Assembly (NCBI GenBank): GCA_965112965.1
Contig: CBCOTE010000001.1
Location: forward strand, 1 to 32,000
DNA from: Desulfovibrionales bacterium
GTDB taxonomy: Bacteria > Desulfobacterota > Desulfovibrionia > Desulfovibrionales > Desulfovibrionaceae
Length of the DNA: 32,000 nucleotides
Direction of reading: 5' to 3'
Shown piece after piece: positions 1 to 10,117 of the stretch. Position numbers and translations under genes: made by a program. How positions within the stretch are numbered: the first letter of the stretch is position 1; every line of letters begins with the position of its first letter. The notes beneath the pieces were generated by a model that had not been told where the DNA came from, made no database searches, and saw nothing but the letters and a program-made list of their open reading frames with translations.

Positions 1-2903
1 AGGCCTAAACTTTCATGTAGATAGTCGACTAGATGTAGCAGCCCGATAAGATCGGTGACCTCTTGTCATCCACGTTAGCCACACCTAGATGTCAGGGTAG
101 AGTATAATCAGCAGGTCGGTCACGGGCATAACGCGATCCAAAAAAATAAATATATAAAAACTCTCAGAGCTCAGAATCAAACCAAATAAAACTATATATA
201 GTTACCTTAAGAATGAGCAGCTGGAACAGATTGCCACGACTGAAAAAATAGAGAATGAGTCCGGACACTATATTTCTTGTCTACTATCTAAACATAACGA
301 CCAAAAAATGCCTTGCTGATAACGCTACCATTTAAAGGTATAGCATATGAACCGCAACGGATTTATGAAGCTAAAAAAAACAATCAAAATTTAGTGGATA
401 CGCCAAACCACGCTCCATTGCCGAGAAAACGATAGATGACGATTTAACTTAGGTGTCCTATACAAAATTATGCACTCCCAGGCCAAAAAAAGGGGGCAGA
501 TCGGCTTAAAGTCGTATAGAAAACGTAGAAACACGACCTGGACATCCGGCACGCTGACAAATTTAGAGAGCAAATACAAACTATAACTAACAAAAAAAAT
601 AGCTTACAGTTAGCTATCCAAATCCTTATATACAGGCTGTAGATGCTCAAATATCTGTTAGAGTCATAAAAAGAATAACCCTTATATCGAAATTCGGATA
701 GAGGAAATCTCCCTCGAAAGGTCAAATAGAGTGACTCTCGGCAGTGCAGGTTGGGCACGATATCAAAAATATCTAGCCGCTAAACGCCAGATAGCGCTGT
801 ATATTAGCCAGGGCATACAAAAGAGTTAGCTAGATATTCGAGAATGCCATACAAAAAAATGCAGTGAAAAAACCGTAAAATGGCTTCCGTCAAGTCTACC
901 CCTTCCTGTTAAATTTTAGGCATAAAACGACATAAATTACACTCTACAGCTGCTTCATCCACTCCAGGTCTTTTATGCTGCATAATATTAACGGTCAGCT
1001 CTTATCGCACGTGAGCCGGAGAATAAGAATTCTATAACCGCACAACTAAAATCAAGGACCCTCCAGATGCCTTCAAAAAATCAACTTGTATGTGACTAAT
1101 CGGTTCATCGTGTCTCAGACCCTTAATCAATAGGTCATGATCGGAAAATAGAATATCAGAAATGCTACCACACACACCCTCAACAGCCAGATATGACACG
1201 CGAGACAATACCGAAAACTGACCGTCAGCCGAATGGCCTAAGCACCACAAAAATCAAGGGGGCTAAAATAACAACATCCGCTTGCTTATGATAATACACC
1301 ACATATATCCATGAACTACATTCACGACCACCATTTCCCACAGATACCTGGATACGAGATGACCTAATAAAAATTTTCGCACGAAACAACTGCAACACAC
1401 TAACGTCGTTCCTAAACAGATATAACCTAGGCAGCCTTTATCAACCGACCATATGTAACCTATTTTAATTCCGCCATGAATACGATAAGTTTGAGATCTA
1501 AAAATCTCCAGAGCAGTGCCTAGATGGTTAGCAAACTATGCTCAGACATAAAGTGAACAACGCCATATAGACCTGCACTACTAAAAAAAATAATTACCAC
1601 TTCTATGGACTAGCTACGAAAATCGCCGACTCCATAAGAAGGCCATAGCCATCGCCCGTAGCCTCCACGCTCGCCATACTTAAACGCCTACTCGACAGAC
1701 ATAGTCATGATCAGAAGCGCCTACGTCCAATCCGCTTAAACAGCAGCCCGAGTATTGCTTCGCTACATACCCGAATGAGCTGGACATGCGTTTAGCAAAC
1801 AGGGCCGAAGAAGAAGATAATAACGTTCTGCAATCACAATAAGGCAGACAGCCAACTATGTCATCTATGGCATAATAAGTTGATAAGATGAGAAAGCCCC
1901 AAGTATTATGAATTCGCAGAAAAAATATGACAGCATAAAATCTGGCCATCACAACATACTCTCCACTTAACAGCTAAAATCTCTGACTGATCCATCGATA
2001 TTGATGAATATTTTATACGATATTGAGTACTAATGTTCGGAATTTCTTGCTACAACCCCTGTTGCAACATTGCTTCGGCAAAAAAAAGGTACCAGTTAAA
2101 AAAAGCACTTTGAACGACGGCGCCCTATTCAAAAAACGGCCGTATCATAATAAATGACCTTAACTTAACCAACATAACCGATCCCTTCGATATGACAATA
2201 TTCCAGGGCCAAATCCAAACTATAATTGACCAGCAAGATGGCTTCATTCATTATATTTGAAATCGGCTAGACGAAAAGAAACTAAACCCAAAACTCACCT
2301 TCACATGAGCTTTTCCCGAATAAGCTAGATCATCGGTACGGGCGCATATATAGATAATATGATACAATCTTAACTAAATAATATTATCCGAAAAATATCA
2401 AGGGCTTACACGTCAATCTCTACAGCATACTCTAGCACATGACCTGAATCTTCGGGACGACTCCACCACTGTGTTCGACCTGGCGTTGGCTTTAGTCAAA
2501 ATCTACGACAGCCAGGTGATAGTCGTAACTAAAACAGAATCTTTCACGATGCGACCGAGCCTAACCAAAAGACGTCAGTGAACAATTTAAAGCTAACCCA
2601 GGAGCATCTCTATGCAAGTCTTTTCTTATCTTTTTACGACTGCCCAAGCAAAATATTAGGCGTATAGTCGCCATTAAACGGCATTTTCTGGCCCCACTTA
2701 AGCTAAAATAACTAACAAGGCTGACGCCGCGACCAAAACTCTCTAGCGCATGACTGACTCCTAGCGCCCACGCGCTGTAGCCCGACCCGACTCCTAGCTT
2801 GCACCCAGGCTTTTATACGGGAGAGTAAGGGCTTCAACCACGTATCTTTGGCGCCCGGAAAACTCTTGCTAGCATCAAACTAAATCGCTCGCACTATATC
2901 TCA
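1..2903. other. ORF-poor, A-rich tract (probable eroded / pseudogenised DNA)
   Basis: No ORF longer than 96 aa in any frame over 2.9 kb, and none of the listed ORFs has a recognisable motif. Spot composition at 1381-1440 is A23 C17 G8 T12. Frequent A6-A8 runs, e.g. 373-380, 592-599, 1583-1590, 2080-2087. Confidence 0.5.
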
Positions 2904-4070
2904 CTATACCTTGGCTTCAGCCCGATGCACAGATTCGCTATCGGATAACCTCACCCTCAACTGGCCACAGGCCGCGGCTATATCCGCGCCCTTACTCTTA
3001 CGCAAAGTTACGGTCATATATTTTGCACGCAGCAGGTTCTCGAAAGCCAATACTCTCTCCGGTGACGGCGTAGCGTAAGACAGCCCAGGTACCTGATTAT
3101 AGGTTATAAGGTTCACTTTAGCCTTACGGTCCTCTAACAATTTTACCAACTGCCTAGCCTCTGCTAGACCGTCATTTATATCCTTTAGGAGCAGGTATTC
3201 GTAGGTAATACGCTGCCTCGACTTAAGCGGGTAACGGTCAAGGGTGGTCATAAGCTCTGACAGGGGGAAAAATGCCGCGCGAGGCATGATTCGTTCCCTG
3301 AGCTCCTGAGTCGGCGCGTGCAGCGAAATGGCCAAAGAGACTCGGGCCACGGCCCCCAACTCGTCCAACCCTCTGGGTAACCCTACTGTTGATACTGTAA
3401 TCCGCCGCGGAGAAAAATTTAAGCCCTGGATATGCACTAGAATCTCCAGTGCCCGCAGAAGTTCGCCCAGGTTTAACAGTGGCTCGCCCATGCCCATAAA
3501 CACCAGCCTCCTGAGTCGCCTAGGCTCGATACCGGCAGCCGTCTGCCGCGCTAAATACACTCGGCCCAACAATACCTGCCCAAGGATCTCACCGACTCGT
3601 AGATTACGGGTAAATCCCATAGTCCCGGTTGAGCAAAAGCTACACCCCAAAATACATCCCACCTGAGTGGATAAACACTGAGTAACGTAGCCGGTCCTGG
3701 CCGCTCCATTCAAGTGCGTCCTCCAGCTTCTCATCACACCCTCGCCACCCATACCCCCTCTGTCTGACGATTCGTCGAGGTCAAAGGGAATGAGCACAGT
3801 CTCAATACGTGCTCCGTCTGCGAGTTCTAATAGCAGCTTGACCGTGCCATCACAGCTCACGACCTCGGAGACAATACGCGGCCAAGAAATAATCGCCCGC
3901 TCGGTCAAGGCGACGCGCAGTCCCTTGCCTAAATCGGTCATGACAGCCAAATCGGCCACGCCTTTGTGCCACAGCCAACGAAAAAGCTGCCGGCCGCGGT
4001 AGACGGGTTCACCAAGGGAGACCACAAAGGCCTCCAGCTCTGGCAAGACCAAATCGAGAAGGTTAATCAC
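2904..4070 (-). CDS. rlmN: Radical-SAM 23S rRNA/tRNA adenine-C2 methyltransferase RlmN
   Basis: 388-aa ORF with GTG start and TAG stop. Radical-SAM CxxxCxxC motif in STQVGCILGCSFCSTGTMGF. GMGEPLLN and the C-terminal DIAAACGQL are typical of the RlmN/Cfr family. GC-rich island. Confidence 0.9.
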   Translation of the reverse strand: MINLLDLVLPELEAFVVSLGEPVYRGRQLFRWLWHKGVADLAVMTDLGKGLRVALTERAIISWPRIVSEVVSCDGTVKLLLELADGARIETVLIPFDLDESSDRGGMGGEGVMRSWRTHLNGAARTGYVTQCLSTQVGCILGCSFCSTGTMGFTRNLRVGEILGQVLLGRVYLARQTAAGIEPRRLRRLVFMGMGEPLLNLGELLRALEILVHIQGLNFSPRRITVSTVGLPRGLDELGAVARVSLAISLHAPTQELRERIMPRAAFFPLSELMTTLDRYPLKSRQRITYEYLLLKDINDGLAEARQLVKLLEDRKAKVNLITYNQVPGLSYATPSPERVLAFENLLRAKYMTVTLRKSKGADIAAACGQLRVRLSDSESVHRAEAKV

Positions 4071-7000
4071 AGGGCAGTCCAGTAGTTAAAAAACGAAATA
4101 AAAAAAACTAAGAGCCAGACAAGGCCAAATGGTACCGTTCCCCACAAAAAATAAAAGGTTAACCTTGACCAGAGAAAAAAATAACTAAACTATCCACACC
4201 AAAAATTCTTAGAACCATTCCTAGCCCTTAGTAGTGGCAGACCACGAACTCGGATATATTATAAAATTTGTCAGCTAGATGGCTCTTGAACAAGACCTCG
4301 TACAGCAGCTGATGACAGGACCAAACTTCAAACTCAAGAAACCTATAACTCGTGTTATTAGGCATAGACTCACATTAATCCTTTGGCCACGCTAGATATT
4401 GCAGTTCACACTGGAGCCAAGAGCCATGTAGGCGCTCTCGCAGACCTTTAATATCAACCGTCTCAATAAGTCGATAATAGTCATCCAAAAATATAAAAAC
4501 ACAATCTGTATATATAAATCTGAATGTAGGTAGTTGCGCGCAAGTTAGCACATAAGTTCTATATTGACCGGAATAAAATCCCACATGGGTAAAAATCGTG
4601 CGGGCAGAATTAGCACCATTTTTTAAGATACTAAAAATTCACTCGCCTTCGACATATTCCACGGTACAAAGTTTTCCCCATATCTTTGAACAGATAAGTT
4701 ACGGTATCAAATTAATCTTAGGGCAATTCTTCAAAGTAGCGGCACATACCCTACAATAGTATGGACGAAACCAGTTTCTTCTCACCTCTTTCGTTCTTAA
4801 TCTACCTGACACGGAAGAAAGTAGCCATTACAACGACAAAGTCTATACAGAAGATGAACGTCGAAGATTATGCACACAAAAAAATAACAGGAATTCTCGG
4901 ACTCCAATATTACGCAACTCGTCCATGATATCAAAAAATAAAACGTAGTCGAGAATATCTTGAAAGCCGTGGACTATATCCATAATAAACGCCTAGACCA
5001 TGGCAGAGACAGTTAATCGCGAAACACAAGAGGCATAAATGTCAAAGATACAATTACGGTATATAGTATCACCTAAAAAAACTAGTAAAATAAATTTTTA
5101 CCTGCACTTCAGTCCTCTAAGTCCTAGCTAAAGTCCCAAGGCTGGAATAAATAAGAACAGATTAAATAAATAGCTGGTCATTGTTCGATATCTAAGGCCT
5201 TGATCATATAACTAAACTTAGCCATATGTAGTCTCTAGGTGGGAGGCATATACGATATCGAATTGACAGAAATTATAAAGTACATCAATCTTTTACAACG
5301 CGGTCATGATATAGGATTAAATGTACCATCTATATAAAAAAAGTCAACGGGTAATGTCAATTTCTAAAAAAACTTCCGGACTGCAACAATTCACACTGCA
5401 AACGGTGTTAATGAGATATGTATCGTAGCCATTACGCATAATAATCATGAGGGCATTCAATATCTTTGAACGGATAGGCCGTTTACGGCCTCCTAGAGTC
5501 ACGGGATGCCTAACCTGGAAGCAGAACTCACTGCCCGCCCGGACGTCCATTTTACAATTAGGACTAATAAGAGCAATAGATCCGACATCGAAATGAATAG
5601 CAGACCAGATTTTCGCCGGCCAGCCAAGGCTGAACCATCCGACGCCTTACGGCCTTGACCATTGCTACCTTTAAGACTACAAAAAATTTCACGCGCCCGT
5701 AGCTCAACCGGATAGAGCGCCGGACTTCGAATCCGTAGGCCGCAGGTTCGAATCCTGCCGGGCGCACCACGAAAATCAAAGAATTACTGCCTGTCTAGAC
5801 TACAGCCCAGTTCTAATTGTATAAACGTCCTGACCGTCAAATATAAAAAACTACAGATTGTCCATAAGCATGGTAGACTTCCTTGGTCGATGATATAACC
5901 GGGGACGATGGATCTACTGAACTTCAGCCCGAATACCACCTCAACCATGGCCCTACCCATACTCTGCCCTGCCCACTAGAACCAAGAGAAGAGCGCTAAT
6001 CGGCCTTATAGCCTTCTATAATGAGTAAAGTCTATAGCGATTATTATTCACATCATACTATGCAAGATCGTCAAAAAAAATAAATCGCCTGCGGTAAACT
6101 CATCAAATCTATCGCCGCGTTGTTCGCCCAGCTGGTGCGTATAGCCTCTTATGCCGGCTACCTCTTCCGCACGAAACTAGCAATATGCATACGTCACACC
6201 TAATATATAATGCACCCCGGGCATGATATCTAGCCATTCCAAAAAAAAACAATCCACCCGTTTTTTAGGAATACAATGACATTCATCTCCCACATACTAA
6301 ATAAAAAACTATATAGAAAACCGATCAACCAATAAAAAAAGCTATTACTTACTGCTATCCTTTTATGAGCAACTTCAATTTCACAGTTTTATCTAAAGAA
6401 TGGCAGTGAAGCTATAATATTCCGCATGGAACCATTACAGACCACCGCGGCCATATTGTCTTCCAATATAATAGCCTCCTGTTTTGTGAACTAGTCCTGC
6501 AATCTAGTAATTTTTTTATACTCCTGCGATGTCTGCTAGCTTATAACTTAATAGTTGTGCTTATAGTCTGACTAAAAAAGGTGCATGTCAGAGCCGACAA
6601 AAAAACCAATAATTATTAACATATTGAATATGATGACTAAGATCATATTTCTATCTAGCTGACACTACTAACGACCGAGTTGCGGCCCTTATCTTATTTT
6701 GGAGACACGCCTCATTCTAACTTGAACTGATTAAACTTACGCCACAACGTAACTTGTGGATTGTCTAAGATCCAGGCAAGCAACCCTTTCATGTATCCCG
6801 AATATTCCAAAACAAACTCAATATGCCAGTGCCCTATCTACTCCAGGCTCAGAAGATGTTTTTTATTTTACAGCCCCGATGTCTATCTGCTGGATATTAC
6901 GGATAAGAATTGAACGGAGATTAATGACTCAAGGTCACACAGGACCATAGCATAACCCGCCATGTTTCTAGCTTACGCGCGTTAACTAAAAACCATCGAC

Positions 7001-8800
7001 CATAAGAAAAATGTAAAGTCCAGACTATTAGATAGCATGAAGCAGCTTCGCCTGTATAAAAAAAATAAAATATTTCTAAATCTCGTCTAGTCTAACCGAA
7101 CGCACTATACAAGTCGACGCGATCCTCTGTGGCGCTCGATGACCAAATAGATCATGGCCAGCTCCACTCCAGTGCTTTTATCTACTAAAAGACTTATGGG
7201 AAGCACTCCGGATCGACACTGTTGCCTTGCCCATAGCACGGCCCGGATACACGGTGCTCATGCCCTGTCTGGTCTCAGCAACCCAAACTAGGCCTAGTGA
7301 CATGCGTCGTATTCTCGAACAGATTCAGCAATGTCTGCTACAAATATAGTGATGAATCCAGACTCGACTCGTTTCTTCGTACGTAGTTTCAAATTCATCT
7401 TCAGCTGTAACGCCATTGCCTTCAACTATCTAGCTTAAACGAATAGGATCCAAAACAAGCAAATTACATCTTCGGCCGGAGAACTCTGAAAATACCGTAC
7501 GGGAACTATATCGCATGGCCCATTTGGTATCCTGTCATCTGTACAACGATATAATTGTATAGAACTACAATCAAACTTAGAATATCCTCTTGACGATTAA
7601 AGGTGCCCTAAATGGTATCCTGACGAGTATGTAGCTACTAACATTTTCTGATATTATCTGAAGATTGAGCTTTTAGTGTGGCTTACCGTACTGGACATAG
7701 TCGTGGGGCTACCTACCCCAGACGAAATGACAGACATAATCACGGTCATGGCTAAGCTGCCGCCCCTCCAAAAAAAGGCAACACTCACAAAACATAATCA
7801 AATATACACGGACTCTGATGACTATTGCATATTATAACTAAGTCTATTTTAGACGCTAAGTTATACTTGTCTAACCGTAACAAAAATATGCATTGTACTA
7901 TTAAAATACCTACTCCTGCCCAAATACTATTAGATCCTCTAGGCTACTGGATATAAATGGTCATAACCGGGAAAAATCCTCAAAATAACTCTTTGCTGCT
8001 TCGACCTCAACTTGATATTCGCGCTCTTCAGTTTCTACACACACTGTAATAAACTATTCACCCTCTCCCGTAACCAAGTAGACCATCTATCATCTCGAAC
8101 TACAACACCATACACTACTTAAACATTATTTTTATGCCCGACCTGTAATCGCATCTACTGGGTCAGTTTACAAAAAAAAACGACTAACCCCGACGCCGAT
8201 TCAATAGCTTTCTGGCCAGCTTAAACTATGTGCCAATGTCAATATCTTTAGACTGAGATAAACTAATAATAACTCTGGCTACAAAAAAATATGCCTTCTA
8301 CCGCTTACATTTGGCTAATCGTTAGGATGTAATCAACGGACAACTACGGCAACTTACTGATATTGCGTAAAAAATAATGCTTTTTTTAGGAATAGCCTTA
8401 TAATTGCGTAGAATAGTCAGGTGTCCAAATACATACAAGATGCCCCCCCGAAAAACAACCCGACTCCTAATAGGAGATTAACGTACAGACCTATGGACGA
8501 CAAAAAATAAACGACAAGTTAACTTAATTCGGCGAGTTCAAGTATAAAAGAAATATAATAAGTACCAATTATACATTGAACCATGCAAAAACCGCTATTG
8601 GTACCATACTGCAAATATTTTTTTATAATTAACTACACCATTTGGCAGCTTACAGAATACGACAACTATTATAGAATCGTACAGAACTATTTAAGGCAAC
8701 TAGCATAAAATAAAAGAATTGGCCAAGACCGGACACTAAACCGAGTGGCTGCTGTTGACGGTCTGGAGGATAGGAAGATAACAATGTTCCAGACAGAAAA
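4071..8800. other. ORF-poor, A-rich tract with a single embedded tRNA (probable eroded DNA)
   Basis: 4.7 kb whose longest ORFs are 64-71 aa without motifs. Dense A7-A9 runs, e.g. 6073-6080, 6241-6249, 7058-7065, 8172-8180. The only clearly functional element is the tRNA at 5693-5769. Confidence 0.5.
5693..5769 (+). tRNA. tRNA-Arg, anticodon TCG (UCG), CCA encoded
   Basis: 77-nt cloverleaf folded by hand. Acceptor stem GCGCCCG/CGGGCGC. D arm GCTC-AACCGGATA-GAGC. Anticodon arm CCGGA-CTTCGAA-TCCGT with anticodon TCG. Variable loop AGGCC. T arm GCAGG-TTCGAAT-CCTGC. Discriminator A followed by CCA. Close in layout to E. coli tRNA-Arg. Confidence 0.92.
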
Positions 8801-10117
8801 TTAGAATGGGTTATAGGTCTTCGTGTCGGTATAATGCATATACCCCACACTTACCCCCACTCGCAAGCCATGACCACTACGAATAGGAGCAAGAAACACG
8901 TCCAAATTTTGTTGATAATTAACACTATATCCTTCCACTACATAGATACTGCCATCCATACCCAGAAAACGTTGAAAAAGCATCTGAGGATCAGTCAAAT
9001 TGAAAAGCAAAGTGAAGACTTTGCCGCCGTTGCCGCCCAAGTCCAATCCGATGGTCGGACTCTGCCAGTAGATATGGCGCGTCATACCATTCTTGAACCA
9101 TAAGTCACCTTCGCCGTAACGAAAACCTACGATCACTGCACCGGTACTTTCCTCACCCATAATGTAGCCGGTAGGCTGACCGTGGTCCTTAAAAATTTTA
9201 TCTAGAATCTGGGCCAGAGCCAAAGAATATTCGCCAAAAAAACGCTCAATCTCTTGGCGCATCTCATCCTTGGTAAAAGTCTCATGCCCTCCATAACGAT
9301 TCTTGATGCGCGGTTCGCGGAGCATAGTGTCGTCCTTTTTCTGGCCCTGTCCCTGAGCATAACGGGCTTGGATATCGATGTCAGGACCTAGCTGCGATTC
9401 TGCCGGTAGCTGGGATGACTCACCTTTGTATGGCGATCCTGGCTGTGACTGCCAGATAGGAGCCTGAGCTGGCTGAACTGGCTGTGACTGCCAGATAGGA
9501 GCCTGAGCTGGCTGAACTGGCTGTGACTGCCAGATAGGAGCCTGAGCTGGCTGAACTGGCTGTGACTGCCAGATAGGAGCCTGAGCTGGCTGAACTGGCT
9601 GTGACTGCCAGATAGGAGCCTGAGCTGGCTGAACTGGCTGTGACTGCCAGATAGGAGCCTGAGCTGGCTGAACTGGCTGTGACTGCCAGATAGGAGCCTG
9701 AGCTGGCTGAACTGGCTGTGACTGCCAGATAGGAGCCTGAGCTGGCTGAACTGGCTGTGACTGCCAGATAGGAGCCTGAGCTGGCTGAACTGGCTGTGAC
9801 TGCCAGATAGGAGCCTGAGCTGGCTGAACTGGCTGTGACTGCCAGATAGGAGCCTGAGCTGGCTGAACTGGCTGTGACTGCCAGATAGGAGCCTGAGCTG
9901 GCTGAACTGGCTGTGACTGCCAGATAGGAGCCTGAGCTGGCTGAACTGGCTGTGACTGCCAGATAGGAGCCTGAGCTGGCTGAACTGGCTGTGACTGCCA
10001 GATAGGAGCCTGAGCTGGCTGAACTGGCTGAATTTTGAAGTCTAATGATTTAGCGCCCGTAGGTAACGCATCGAGTATCCAGTAGCAAACGAACAGAAGA
10101 ACAAAAAAATTATACAT
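8801..10117 (-). CDS. Secreted tandem-repeat protein with a beta-rich C-terminal domain resembling DUF1134/EipA
   Basis: 438-aa ORF with ATG start and TAA stop. Hydrophobic N-terminal signal-like segment MYNFFVLLFVCYWILDALPTGA. Then 15 x PVQPAQAPIWQSQ. The ~150-aa C-terminal domain (GAVIVGFRYGEGDLWFKNG...YWQSPTIGLDLGGNGG...IRSGHGLRVGVSVGYMHYT...NPF) recalls the DUF1134/EipA periplasmic family from memory. Confidence 0.8.
   Translation of the reverse strand: MYNFFVLLFVCYWILDALPTGAKSLDFKIQPVQPAQAPIWQSQPVQPAQAPIWQSQPVQPAQAPIWQSQPVQPAQAPIWQSQPVQPAQAPIWQSQPVQPAQAPIWQSQPVQPAQAPIWQSQPVQPAQAPIWQSQPVQPAQAPIWQSQPVQPAQAPIWQSQPVQPAQAPIWQSQPVQPAQAPIWQSQPVQPAQAPIWQSQPVQPAQAPIWQSQPVQPAQAPIWQSQPGSPYKGESSQLPAESQLGPDIDIQARYAQGQGQKKDDTMLREPRIKNRYGGHETFTKDEMRQEIERFFGEYSLALAQILDKIFKDHGQPTGYIMGEESTGAVIVGFRYGEGDLWFKNGMTRHIYWQSPTIGLDLGGNGGKVFTLLFNLTDPQMLFQRFLGMDGSIYVVEGYSVNYQQNLDVFLAPIRSGHGLRVGVSVGYMHYTDTKTYNPF
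9441..10025 (-). repeat. Perfect tandem repeat, 15 copies of a 39-bp unit, in frame within the CDS
   Basis: The plus-strand unit ggctgtgactgccagataggagcctgagctggctgaact starts at 9441 and recurs every 39 bp up to 9987. I saw no substitution in any copy. A partial extra copy, ggctga, lies at 10026-10031. Confidence 0.95.

Noticed and set aside
3328-4002. Plus-strand ORFs of 112 and 70 aa inside rlmN. Similar antisense ORFs lie inside dinB, folD, eno, coaX and sod.
   Set aside because: They lie antisense to strongly supported genes and have Arg/Ser/Pro-rich, low-complexity translations. These are typical shadow ORFs of GC-rich coding DNA.
5564-5779. 71-aa minus-strand ORF
   Set aside because: It overlaps the tRNA-Arg gene in antisense. 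Its peptide, RPAGFEPAAYGFEVRRSIRLSYG, is simply the reverse translation of the tRNA.
7525-7622. 10-mer tggtatcctg repeated 88 bp apart
   Set aside because: A handful of such short-range 10-mer coincidences are expected by chance in 32 kb, and the flanks do not align.
4071-8800. A giant structured non-coding RNA, or an integrated element at the tRNA-Arg gene, as an explanation for the ORF desert
   Set aside because: The plus strand is G-poor and A/C-rich, so neither strand can form extensive Watson-Crick structure. I saw no integrase-like ORF and no direct repeat of the tRNA 3' end.
9441-10025. Regular 39-bp repeats as a possible CRISPR array
   Set aside because: The copies are directly abutting with no spacers. 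They are in frame inside a 438-aa ORF, and no cas genes are present.
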